A DNA stretch of 64,000 nucleotides from an uncultured Bacilli bacterium (GTDB lineage Bacteria > Bacillota_I > Bacilli_A > RF39 > UBA660). This document shows, one piece after another, positions 48,923 to 58,335 of the stretch (within the stretch, counting starts at the first letter, position 1; each line of letters begins with the position of its first letter). The stretch lies in contig CAKOLN010000001.1 in NCBI GenBank assembly GCA_934096075.1, forward strand, positions 79,242-143,241, read 5' to 3'. The position numbers and the translations under genes were made by a program. The notes below the pieces were generated by a model. It had not been told where the DNA came from, did no database searches, and saw only the letters and a program-made list of their open reading frames with translations.

Positions 48923-50704
48923 ATGAAAGAAAAGAAATATTTAGTACTAGGCATAATGATAGTACTACTAACATTTGTAGGAGTATCACTAGCATACTTC
49001 TTAACAACAATAGAAGGGGATAGAAAAAATATTACAATTAATACAGCAGACTTAAGAGTAATATTTAATAATGGAGACGAGATAGAAGGAACGGAGATAG
49101 AACCAGGATGGAGTGTAACTAAAACATTTAGTGTAGAAAATAAAACTAAGAATGAATATAAATATAATATAGTAATAGAAAATTTAGTAAACACATTTAA
49201 GACAATAGGATATTTACAATACAAAATAACAAGTACAGATGGTGGATACAACATGACTGATTTTGAAGATGTACCAAAATCATCAAGTGCAACAGATGCA
49301 GTACTATCATATAGTGTATCAATACCATCAAAATCAACACAAAACTATACAATAACAATACAATATAAAAATGATGAGAATGTAGATCAAAGCATAGATT
49401 CGTTAAATAATGCAGTAGTAACGGGAAAACTATATATAACTGAGGGTACGACAAATTCAAAATTGTTAACTCAAGCAATGTTAGAAGATAATCCAACAAT
49501 AGAAGAAAGAACAGACTTTAATGTGGCAAACACAGCAACAACAACAGGAACAATCTATCAAACAAATAAAACAGAAGATGGAAGCACAGTGTACTATTAT
49601 TCAGGAAACACAATAAACAACTGGGTAAAGTTTGGAAAAGAATCAATACAAGAATGTACATATAACGGTGACCAAGTACATTATGGTATTTATGATGAAA
49701 ACACATCTATTTCTTATAAAAATATAAGAGGAGTTGCTTCAATCGATGAATGTGTTTCATTTAATATTTGTTTAGATAGTGAATATGGACCTATAGTTGG
49801 TTTAGCTGATGAAGAAGAATGTGAAAAAGCTGGTGGTAATTGGACAACTGACAAGGCTATAGTTGGTGAAAAGTTAGAAAAAGATATATATTGGAGAATA
49901 ATAAGAACAAATGAAGATGAAGGTGTAAGGCTCTTATACTCTGGAACCAATCCTGATACAACATCAGGATATATAGGCATATCTCAATTTAATGAAAATA
50001 ATAACGGTCCAATGTATGTAGGATATATGTATGGAACGAGTGGAACATTAGAAAATAACCGAAATAATACAAGTGATAGTACAATAAAGACACACATAGA
50101 CATATGGTATAGAAATAATTTATTGACAAACTATGAAAAGTATATAAGTAAAAGTGCAATTTATTGTAATGATAGAAGTACTCGAAATAATTCGTACTCT
50201 ACTAGTAATTCATTCTATTATGGTGGTTACACAAGATTAGCTACATATAAGAATCCATCGTATAAATGTGGAGCAAATACAAGTAATGGTTTATTTGAAA
50301 GTACACAAGCAGTAGAAGATAAATTTAGTGCAAGTACTGAAGGTGGAGGAAATGGACAACTTACATATCCAGTAGCACTTATGACTGTGGATGAAGTGTC
50401 TTTTGCGGGTGGCAAGTATAGTACATCTAGTCCTAACACATGGTATTATGCAAACAGTAATGGAGATTCAATTACAGGAAGTACTATGTGGTGGTCTTTA
50501 TCGCCTTCTGGTTTTTATAATTCTAATATTGATGTGTTTAGAGTCGAAGATGGCTTTCTAGGTTACGATGTATACTATACATTATCTGTTATCCGTCCTG
50601 TCATAAGTTTAAAATCATGTGTTGAATATTCTTCTGGTAATGGGACTCCAGAAAGTCCTTATGAAGTAACAATAGATGATACATGTGCTAGTGCTGAAAA
50701 TTAA
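48923..50704 (+). CDS. Large secreted protein with TasA/camelysin-like N-terminal domain, paralog 2
   Basis: Signal peptide then SLAYFLTT...NITINTADLRVIFNN...IEPGWSVTKTFSVENKTKNEYKYNIVIE (compare camelysin AFFSD...NTFATGTLDL...LKPGDTIEKEFKLENKGSLDIKKV). The C-terminal domain is shared with the 42113 gene. Confidence 0.6.
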   Translation: MKEKKYLVLGIMIVLLTFVGVSLAYFLTTIEGDRKNITINTADLRVIFNNGDEIEGTEIEPGWSVTKTFSVENKTKNEYKYNIVIENLVNTFKTIGYLQYKITSTDGGYNMTDFEDVPKSSSATDAVLSYSVSIPSKSTQNYTITIQYKNDENVDQSIDSLNNAVVTGKLYITEGTTNSKLLTQAMLEDNPTIEERTDFNVANTATTTGTIYQTNKTEDGSTVYYYSGNTINNWVKFGKESIQECTYNGDQVHYGIYDENTSISYKNIRGVASIDECVSFNICLDSEYGPIVGLADEEECEKAGGNWTTDKAIVGEKLEKDIYWRIIRTNEDEGVRLLYSGTNPDTTSGYIGISQFNENNNGPMYVGYMYGTSGTLENNRNNTSDSTIKTHIDIWYRNNLLTNYEKYISKSAIYCNDRSTRNNSYSTSNSFYYGGYTRLATYKNPSYKCGANTSNGLFESTQAVEDKFSASTEGGGNGQLTYPVALMTVDEVSFAGGKYSTSSPNTWYYANSNGDSITGSTMWWSLSPSGFYNSNIDVFRVEDGFLGYDVYYTLSVIRPVISLKSCVEYSSGNGTPESPYEVTIDDTCASAEN

Positions 50705-50710
50705 CATAAT

Positions 50711-50748
50711 AAAAGATATAAAATATGATAAAATACTTTATATCTTTT
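50711..50748. terminator. Bidirectional terminator hairpin
   Basis: AAAGATATAAA-loop-TTTATATCTTT with TTTT downstream, between convergent genes. Confidence 0.5.
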
Positions 50749-51769
50749 TTATTAGGTTTTCTACTTCTTTACATGCATTATAATTATTTAATTTCATTAG
50801 TTTATTTTTTATAGATTTAGTTAAAAATTTATAATTTAAAGTTAATTTAACTTTTTTTACTAGGTCAGTGGGAGTGTTAGCTTTTATTGATAAATGATTT
50901 TTAACCATAAAATTTAAATTTTTTCTTTCTTCAATTGTGGTACTAGGTAGTAATATAGAAGGTTTTTTAAAGTTCATACATTCTATTAAAGTAGAAGTGC
51001 CTGGTTTTGTAATTACAACATCACTAATATTAAATAAGTTATAAAAATCTTTAATGTAACCTAGAACTAAAACATTTTTATAATCATTTTCATAAACTAT
51101 ATTACTACACTTATCATATAAAGATCTATTTTTACCAGATATAAATATGATATTAATATTAAATTGTTTTTTAGTTAAAAATTTAAAGTATTCATAAAAG
51201 TAATCGTGGCCATTTGCTATAAACAGATATACTAATTTATTATTATCTAAACTATATTTTTTAAGTGTTAAGTCTTTTTCTTCTAAATTTATATTATCAA
51301 TGTTAAAAGTAGGAGTACCTGCGACTAAAATGTTTTTGCTTGGTATATTCTTTTTTATTAGTTTGCTTTTTATAACGGTGTTATTAACAACATAATAGTT
51401 TTTTCTTGTTAAATGTTTAATATTGCTATCTAAAGATATTTCACATAATATATTAATAATTTTACATTTTAATGAATAGTTTTCTATTAATACTGAAATT
51501 TTATAATTAGTAGAAATAAATATATTTGGGTTAAAATCTAATATAGAATTTCTTATTTTAATATCATTTATATTATAATTATTTTTAAAAATTTTATTTA
51601 TCATTTTTTTAATTACATTATTATTTTCTTTAACACTAAAACAAGATGAAAAATCTAATAATTCTACATCAAATTCTTTAACATTTAACAAATAGTTATA
51701 TAATTCTAAAGCAACTCTTTTTTCTTCACTTTTAGAATTAGTGTATCCAATCATAATTTTTTTCTTCAT
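50738..51769 (-). CDS. Glycosyltransferase, MGDG-synthase/UgtP-like (GT28 family)
   Basis: The C-terminal VITKPGTSTLIECMNFKKPSILL pattern is typical of the diacylglycerol glycosyltransferase family. The likely start is MKKKIMIGY at 51769. Confidence 0.55.
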   Translation of the reverse strand: MKKKIMIGYTNSKSEEKRVALELYNYLLNVKEFDVELLDFSSCFSVKENNNVIKKMINKIFKNNYNINDIKIRNSILDFNPNIFISTNYKISVLIENYSLKCKIINILCEISLDSNIKHLTRKNYYVVNNTVIKSKLIKKNIPSKNILVAGTPTFNIDNINLEEKDLTLKKYSLDNNKLVYLFIANGHDYFYEYFKFLTKKQFNINIIFISGKNRSLYDKCSNIVYENDYKNVLVLGYIKDFYNLFNISDVVITKPGTSTLIECMNFKKPSILLPSTTIEERKNLNFMVKNHLSIKANTPTDLVKKVKLTLNYKFLTKSIKNKLMKLNNYNACKEVENLIKKI

Positions 51770-51890
51770 AGTACCTCTATTATACACTTATTTTAAAAAT
51801 AAAACATCATAAAAATAAAATAGAAGACTACTTTGGTTTGGAAAAGCAGTCTTCATATATCTCAATCGGAATGAGAATTAGTGTCATATT

Positions 51891-51967
51891 TGGTAGCGAC
51901 GCTCGGAATCGAACCGAGAACCTCACGGGTATGAACCGTGCGCTCTAGCCAGTTGAGCTACATCGCC
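51891..51967 (-). tRNA. tRNA-Met or tRNA-Ile2 (anticodon CAU)
   Basis: The reverse complement GGCGATGTAGCTCAACTGGCTAGAGCGCACGGTTCATACCCGTGAGGTTCTCGGTTCGATTCCGAGCGTCGCTACCA folds as a cloverleaf with anticodon loop TTCATAC. A hairpin terminator lies downstream at 51822-51855. Confidence 0.8.
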
Positions 51968-52029
51968 ATCACTGAAACAAATAATACCAAAAAAAATGTA
52001 TCTAGTCAATAGTTTTTGATGAATTTGTA

Positions 52030-52058
52030 TTGACTTTATCAAATATATATATGATAAT
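52030..52058 (+). promoter_or_regulatory. Putative sigma-A promoter
   Basis: TTGACT, 17-nt spacer, then GATAAT preceded by TATG, upstream of the small ORF and the HerA-like gene. Confidence 0.4.
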
Positions 52059-52064
52059 TTAATC

Positions 52065-52388
52065 TTGGTGATTAAAGTGAATGGATTAGTAGTGGTAACT
52101 CATTCAATACAGTTTAAGGATAAAGATGAATGTTACATTGATGAACTAAAAAGAGTATTAAGAAAATATAAAAAAATAACAAAAATATATTTAAAAAGAA
52201 ATCCAGAGGATAAAATGTGCTTAGTTGTTGAAGGTATAAAAGAATTATATGGACATTATTCTGAAAAAGAAAATATTTTTTTTGATGCAGTAAACAATAA
52301 TATTTATTCAATAGAATATTTAAAAAGATTAAAAGATTTTGTTTTAAAAGAAAAAATATGTATGGTTAAATCAAAAATACTTTATTAA
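52065..52388 (+). CDS. Hypothetical small protein (107 aa)
   Basis: ORF with no recognisable motifs, immediately upstream of the HerA-like ATPase. Start is TTG or GTG. Confidence 0.35.
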   Translation: MVIKVNGLVVVTHSIQFKDKDECYIDELKRVLRKYKKITKIYLKRNPEDKMCLVVEGIKELYGHYSEKENIFFDAVNNNIYSIEYLKRLKDFVLKEKICMVKSKILY

Positions 52389-52434
52389 AAGATAAAAATG
52401 TGTTATTCTATTATTAGAATAAAGGGTGTTAAGT

Positions 52435-54180
52435 ATGTTTGGAAAAATATTAGAAATAGATGAAAATAGGGTAATAATAGAAAATGCAAAAAAGGAAACT
52501 CATTCTGAATTTATGAATTGTCATATAATTTTTGAAGAACCTTCTAAAAAGACTGTTGGTGAAATTACTAAAATAGATGATAATTTTATAAACGTTCTAT
52601 TAATTGGAGAAATAGAAAATAATGTCTTTTCAGCAGGAGTAGTAAAAAAACCAGCGACTAATTCACTAATTAGAATTATTAATGTAGGAGAATTGGAATT
52701 AATAATAGGTAAGAGTGATCCAAAAGGAAATTTAGTTATAGGTAATTCTGCTATATACAAAACATTTAATATTACAATACCAATAAATTCTTTTTTTGCT
52801 AATCATTCTTCAATTATTGGTAATACCGGAAGTGGTAAATCGTGTGGTGTGTCTAGAATATTAGAAAATTTATTTATAAATAATCCATATAAACCAGTAA
52901 ATTCTCATTTTGTAATATTTGATGCTTATGGAGAATATAAAAATTCTTTTAAAAAACTAAATCAAATAGAAGGCTTAGGATTTAAAAAATATACTACAAA
53001 AGTAGAAGTAGAAGATGAAGTTCTACTTAGAATACCTCCTTTCTTTTTAGGTGCTGATGATCTTGCAATATTATTATCAGCTGATGATTCTAGTCAAATA
53101 CCGGTATTAGAGAAAACTTTAAAATTAGTATATATTTTTACAAGTACTGATGAAAAAATTAAGGAATATAAAAATGATATAATAGCTAAATGTTTATTAG
53201 ATATATTAACAAGTGGGAAAAGTGGTAGTCAGATGAGAGACCAAATAATAGCGGTTTTATCTCATTACAATACTGAAGATTTAAATTTAGAATCTATTGT
53301 AAAACAGCCTGGTTATGATAGAACTCTTAAACAATGTTTATTAATTGATGAACAAGGTAAGATGAATGCAATATTGTTAGTAACTGAATTTTTACATCAA
53401 TTTGAAAGAGTTAATCTAGATAATATTGTTATGGGAGAAGGATTTACATATACTTTAAATGATATTTATTATGCTTTGGAATTTGCATTAATAAGTGAAG
53501 GTACAATTAATAGTAATAATCAATATGATAAAAATAATATTTTAAAAACAAGATTACTTACTATTATAAATTCTGATTTAGCACCTATATTTGAAATAAA
53601 TGAATATTTAGATAAGGATTTATATATTAATAAATTATTTGATAAGGCATCTTTAATTGATATTAATTTAAATCATATAGATGATAGATATGCTAAAATT
53701 GTAACTAAATTAATGTCTAAGATTTTGTTTTCTTATTCAACTAAGCAAAAAGTAAGAGGTTCTTTTTCAGTTAATTTAATATTAGAAGAAGCACATAGAT
53801 ATGTTCAAAATGATAATGATGTAAATATTATTGGTTATAATATATTTGATAGAATTACTAAAGAAGGAAGAAAATATGGAACTTTGCTAACATTTATTAC
53901 TCAAAGACCTAGTGAATTGTCAACAACGGCTATTAGTCAATGTTCTAATTTTATAGTATTTAGATTATACCATCCTAAAGATTTTGATATTGTTAAAAAT
54001 TTAAGTACAAATGTAAATGATGAAACATTAGAGAAAATTAAAAGTTTGAATCCAGGTACAGCACTTGTATTTGGAACTGGTTTTAAAGTTCCTCTACTTG
54101 CTAAATTTGAATTACCGACAATTATGCCAGAAAGTACTAGTGTAGATCTTAATAAATTGTGGTATACAACCAGTGTTTAA
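52435..54180 (+). CDS. HerA-like ATPase (HAS-barrel plus DUF87 FtsK/HerA-type P-loop domain)
   Basis: The N-terminal ~90 aa have a HAS-barrel pattern. Walker A GNTGSGKS, Walker B LILEEAHRY and sensor FITQRPSELS are present. ATG at 52435 follows an AAAGGGTG RBS. Confidence 0.65.
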   Translation: MFGKILEIDENRVIIENAKKETHSEFMNCHIIFEEPSKKTVGEITKIDDNFINVLLIGEIENNVFSAGVVKKPATNSLIRIINVGELELIIGKSDPKGNLVIGNSAIYKTFNITIPINSFFANHSSIIGNTGSGKSCGVSRILENLFINNPYKPVNSHFVIFDAYGEYKNSFKKLNQIEGLGFKKYTTKVEVEDEVLLRIPPFFLGADDLAILLSADDSSQIPVLEKTLKLVYIFTSTDEKIKEYKNDIIAKCLLDILTSGKSGSQMRDQIIAVLSHYNTEDLNLESIVKQPGYDRTLKQCLLIDEQGKMNAILLVTEFLHQFERVNLDNIVMGEGFTYTLNDIYYALEFALISEGTINSNNQYDKNNILKTRLLTIINSDLAPIFEINEYLDKDLYINKLFDKASLIDINLNHIDDRYAKIVTKLMSKILFSYSTKQKVRGSFSVNLILEEAHRYVQNDNDVNIIGYNIFDRITKEGRKYGTLLTFITQRPSELSTTAISQCSNFIVFRLYHPKDFDIVKNLSTNVNDETLEKIKSLNPGTALVFGTGFKVPLLAKFELPTIMPESTSVDLNKLWYTTSV

Positions 54181-54195
54181 AATGATATAATAGTA

Positions 54196-54219
54196 GGCAA
54201 TTCATTGAGTTGAATTGCC
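54196..54219 (+). terminator. Perfect 9-bp hairpin (terminator or processing site)
   Basis: GGCAATTCA-ttgagt-TGAATTGCC lies 15 nt after the HerA-like stop. The downstream tract is A/T-mixed rather than pure U. Confidence 0.4.
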
Positions 54220-54259
54220 TATAATAATTTGTGAATGGTTAAATAATCATAAAATATAA

Positions 54260-54630
54260 AAAGATAAAGAATATATTTATAGTAAGTGTGGAGATGTATC
54301 TCTAGCAACACATCTTTATCCCTCAGATAAAATTGGATGAGATGAAGTTGGTAAGAGAGATAGGTTTTGTGTTAAAGTTATAAAAACTAAAGGAGAATTT
54401 GTAGGTATTTGAAATAAAGATAGAGATTTAATTGGTATAGATGTTTCTGGTTATATATTATCAAAAGTTAAATGTAGTTATTTAAAATTAGAAAAGCTAG
54501 TTTACATGTATTATACAGATTGCTTGCGTGAATATAATGAAAAACTATTTACAGATAAAACACCAGGATTTGAATTTGTCAAAGTAGAATACTTGCATCT
54601 AGAAATGGAATTAATAAGACATTTAGTATA
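54260..54630 (+). pseudogene. Decayed ORF fragment interrupted by two in-frame TGA codons
   Basis: A 123-codon frame open from 54260, with no ATG or RBS at its head. It is interrupted only by TGA at 54338 and 54404, in contexts KIG*DEVGK and VGI*NKD. Its codon usage looks protein-like (...GEFVGI.NKDRDLIGIDVSGYILSKVKCSYLKLEKLVYMYYTDCLREYNEKLFTDKTPGFEFVKVEYLHLEMELIRHLV). Confidence 0.35.
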
Positions 54631-54779
54631 AATGAAACTTTGGAAAAATATTCAATTTAACTATTAGTGAATTGGTTAGTTTGACACATAGAGAAAATAG
54701 TCCTTGGACTAAATCAAACAAAATAATAACTGATGATATGATAATTAAATATCATAAATATGAAAAGGAAGTGTAAATA

Positions 54780-55793
54780 ATGAAAGATATAGTTTTAACA
54801 GGAGATAGACCTACAGGTAAGTTACATTTAGGACATTATGTAGGTTCACTTAAAAATAGAGTGGAAATGATGAATACAGGTCTTTATGATATGTATGTAT
54901 TTTCTGCTGATATGCAAGGTTTAACAGACAATGCTAAAGATATTAAAAAGATAAGAGAAAATGTTTTTGAAGTAATTAAAGATAATTTATCAGTAGGGTT
55001 AGATCCAGAAAAAGTTACTATTTTTGTACAATCTGGAGTACCAGAATTAACTGAATTAACAATGTATTATTTAAATTTGGTGACGCTTAGTAGACTTAAA
55101 AGAAATCCAACTATTAAAGAAGAAATAAAACAAAGAGGATTTGAAGAAAGTGTGCCAGTTGGATTTTTAACTTATCCTATAAGTCAAGCAGCAGATATTA
55201 CTGCATTTGATGCAACTTTGGTACCAGTTGGAGAAGATCAAGTTCCAATACTTGAACAAGTTTGTGAAGTTGTAGATACATTTAATAGACTATATGGAGA
55301 AACTTTAGTTAGACCTAAATATGTTTTGCCTGAAAATAAAAATGCTAGAAGGTTACCAGGTATAGATGGAAAAGCAAAGATGAGTAAAAGTGCAGGTAAT
55401 TGTATTTATTTAACAGATGATACAGAAACAGTTAGAAAGAAAGTAATGAGTATGTATACGGATCCTAATCATATTAAAGTAAGTGATCCTGGAAATACTA
55501 AAGATAATCCTGTATTTATATATTTGGATGCATTTATGACTGATAGAGAAAAGTTTGAAGAATTAAAGAATCATTATGAACAAGGCGGTCTTGGAGATAA
55601 AGTTGTTAAAGAAACTTTATTTGAGGTATTAGAAAGTGTTTTAACTCCAATAAGAGAGAAAAGAAAGTATTATGATGAACATCCAGAGATTGTTGAAAAT
55701 ATTGTTAAAGAGGGAACTAAGAAAGCCAGAATTAAAGCAAGTGAAACATTAAAAAGAGTTAGAGAGAGAATAGGTGTAGAATACTTTAATTAA
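54780..55793 (+). CDS. trpS: Tryptophan--tRNA ligase
   Basis: Class I motifs: HIGH-like TGKLHLGHYVG and KMSKS. Confidence 0.9.
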   Translation: MKDIVLTGDRPTGKLHLGHYVGSLKNRVEMMNTGLYDMYVFSADMQGLTDNAKDIKKIRENVFEVIKDNLSVGLDPEKVTIFVQSGVPELTELTMYYLNLVTLSRLKRNPTIKEEIKQRGFEESVPVGFLTYPISQAADITAFDATLVPVGEDQVPILEQVCEVVDTFNRLYGETLVRPKYVLPENKNARRLPGIDGKAKMSKSAGNCIYLTDDTETVRKKVMSMYTDPNHIKVSDPGNTKDNPVFIYLDAFMTDREKFEELKNHYEQGGLGDKVVKETLFEVLESVLTPIREKRKYYDEHPEIVENIVKEGTKKARIKASETLKRVRERIGVEYFN

Positions 55794-56029
55794 GATTGAA
55801 TTGGAAAAATGTGTAAAAAAGGTCAAAATAAGTCGGATTTTTGTGATGAGGTAACTTTTTAATTAATATTGAGAAAGAAAATTGATATTATGTATTAGAA
55901 ATAGATACTTAATGGTGATATGTCTATTTTGGTTTTAAACTTTAATAAAAAATTTCACAAAATATTCATAAAAATATATTATAATAAAGTTAGAAATTTG
56001 CTTTCTAGCTTTTTTTGAAGGAGGAAAAA

Positions 56030-56692
56030 ATGAACATACTAGTAGTAGATGATGAAAAACTGATAAGAAGTGTAATTAAAGATTACTTATTAAATGAAAA
56101 ATTTATGGTATATGAAGCTGAGAATGGAGAAGAGGCTCTAAGGGTTTTTAAAGAAGAAAAAATCAACTTAGTTATACTTGATGTAATGATGCCTAAAATG
56201 GATGGAATAGAAACACTAAAAGAATTGAGAACAATTAGTGAAGTACCAGTAATAATGTTAACAGCTATCAAAGAAGAAATAGACAAGATACACTCATTTG
56301 ATTTAGGAGTAGATGACTATGTTACAAAACCATTTAGTCCAAAAGAATTAGTAAGTCGTGTTAAAGCAGTATTAAAAAGATGTGGTATGTTAAAAGAAAT
56401 ATACCAATACAAAGGATTAGTTATAGATTATCAGGGAAGAAAAGTAACAATTGATAGCAATGTGATTAATCTAACACCTAAAGAATATGAATTGCTTGTA
56501 TATTTTATTGAAAATAAGGGTATTGCAATCTCTAGAGAAAGACTATTAAATACCATCTGGGGTTATGATTTTTATGGTGATGATAGGACTGTTGATACCC
56601 ATATAAAAATGCTTAGAAAAAGTTTAGGTAAATATGGAAATTTGATAACGACTGTTAGAAAAGTAGGTTATAAATATGAAACAGAAAACTAA
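56030..56692 (+). CDS. OmpR-family response regulator
   Basis: Receiver domain (MNILVVDDE...DVMMPKMDG) plus a winged-helix output domain. ATG at 56030 follows a GAAGGAGGAAAAA RBS. Confidence 0.85.
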   Translation: MNILVVDDEKLIRSVIKDYLLNEKFMVYEAENGEEALRVFKEEKINLVILDVMMPKMDGIETLKELRTISEVPVIMLTAIKEEIDKIHSFDLGVDDYVTKPFSPKELVSRVKAVLKRCGMLKEIYQYKGLVIDYQGRKVTIDSNVINLTPKEYELLVYFIENKGIAISRERLLNTIWGYDFYGDDRTVDTHIKMLRKSLGKYGNLITTVRKVGYKYETEN

Positions 56693-58052
56693 TGGTTTAA
56701 CTTTTAAAATATGGATATACTTAGCTTTATTCTTAACATTAATAATAGCATTCATTTGGATATTTCAAGTAGCTTTATTGAATTCTTTTTATGAATATAG
56801 AACTAATAGATTAGTTGAGAAAATAGCAACACTAACAAGTCATTATTATAATAAAGAAAAAGATACTAGTTATTATGATAAACTAGCATACAATAATAAT
56901 GCATGTATTGAAATAGAAAGAGATTCCGAATTATTATATTCATCTAATATGCAAAGGGGATGCTTAGTTACAGATAATTATTCTTATAAATCTGATTTTC
57001 TTATCAGTAATAAAAATAGTATGATGTATAAACTTGTTAATCCTGTATTAGACAATAAAACCCTTATATACGCAATAAAACTAGATGAAGATACAGTAGC
57101 ATACATAAATGTTTCGCTAGAACCTACAGACCCAGCTATAAGTGTAATAAGAGAAGAACTAGTTTTTATAACTATAATTATATATCTAAGTTCATTTATT
57201 TTAGCATACTTTATAAGTAAAAGGATATCTACGCCTATATTAAAGATAAACAATATGGCTAGGAAAATGAGTAAAGGTGACTTTGACACCCCAATCGTGG
57301 TTAATGAAAATATAGATGAAATTAATGAATTATCAGATACATTAAATCAGACAAGATTAGAATTATCTAAAATAAATGAAACAAGAAGAGATTTACTTTT
57401 GAATGTAAGTCATGATTTAAAAACTCCTTTAACTATGATACAAGCATATGCTGAAATGGCTAGAGATTTAAATAAGAATGATGAAGAAAAAAGAACAGAA
57501 AACTTAAATGTAATAATAGATGAAAGTATGAGACTAAATGAACTTGTTAATAACATATTAGAACTATCTAAAAGTGAAGTTAATTTAGATAATCTTAAAA
57601 TAGAAGAATTTAATCTAACAAAAGAAATAAGAGTTATTTTAGATAGATTTAGTTACTTAAAAGAAAAAGAAAATTATAATTTTGTCTTTGATGTAGAAAA
57701 GGGTTACTTAGTAAAAGCCGATAAAACTAAAATAGATCAAGTTATATATAATTTACTTATAAATGCAATTAATTATACAGGAGATGATAAAAAAGTAATA
57801 ATATCTATTGAAGAATATAAGAAATATTTAAGAGTTAAAATAACAGATACAGGTAAAGGTATAAAAAAGGAAGAATTAGATAAAATATGGGATAAATATT
57901 ATACTAATGAAAAAAATCATAAAAGAAATAAAATCGGAACAGGATTAGGTTTATCTATTGTTAAGAATATTTTAATAAAACATAAATTTAAATATGGGGT
58001 AACATCAAAGGTAAATAAAGGAACGACTTTCTATTTTGATATTAACATATAA
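56676..58052 (+). CDS. Sensor histidine kinase
   Basis: Two TM segments, a HAMP region, H-box SHDLKTPL and an HATPase_c domain with GTGLGLSIV. Overlaps the regulator stop. Confidence 0.85.
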   Translation: MKQKTNGLTFKIWIYLALFLTLIIAFIWIFQVALLNSFYEYRTNRLVEKIATLTSHYYNKEKDTSYYDKLAYNNNACIEIERDSELLYSSNMQRGCLVTDNYSYKSDFLISNKNSMMYKLVNPVLDNKTLIYAIKLDEDTVAYINVSLEPTDPAISVIREELVFITIIIYLSSFILAYFISKRISTPILKINNMARKMSKGDFDTPIVVNENIDEINELSDTLNQTRLELSKINETRRDLLLNVSHDLKTPLTMIQAYAEMARDLNKNDEEKRTENLNVIIDESMRLNELVNNILELSKSEVNLDNLKIEEFNLTKEIRVILDRFSYLKEKENYNFVFDVEKGYLVKADKTKIDQVIYNLLINAINYTGDDKKVIISIEEYKKYLRVKITDTGKGIKKEELDKIWDKYYTNEKNHKRNKIGTGLGLSIVKNILIKHKFKYGVTSKVNKGTTFYFDINI

Positions 58053-58335
58053 AGTTCATTTAAATTACACAAGAATTTCACTTTAGTTTGATAGAATTAT
58101 TATCAGAAAGAAGGTGAAAATGAAGAAAAGAAAAATTGTAACAATAAATATTTAATCCTCAAAAACCTATAAAATCACATATAAACTTTAAGAGACACGA
58201 TATAAGTTGTCTCTTTTAATATAGATTGAAGAAAATAGTAAAATAATTTGACATATAATTAACTAGTTTTATTTGAAATAAGTATGAATTGTGTTATACT
58301 TATTTTAGTAATAATTTGAAAGAGGTGTAGTAATC

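Noticed and set aside
54338-54406. Selenocysteine recoding of the two TGA codons
   Set aside because: Neither TGA is in a Cys-xx-Sec or redox-motif context. No SECIS-like hairpin follows. No selA/selB/selD genes are seen in the window.
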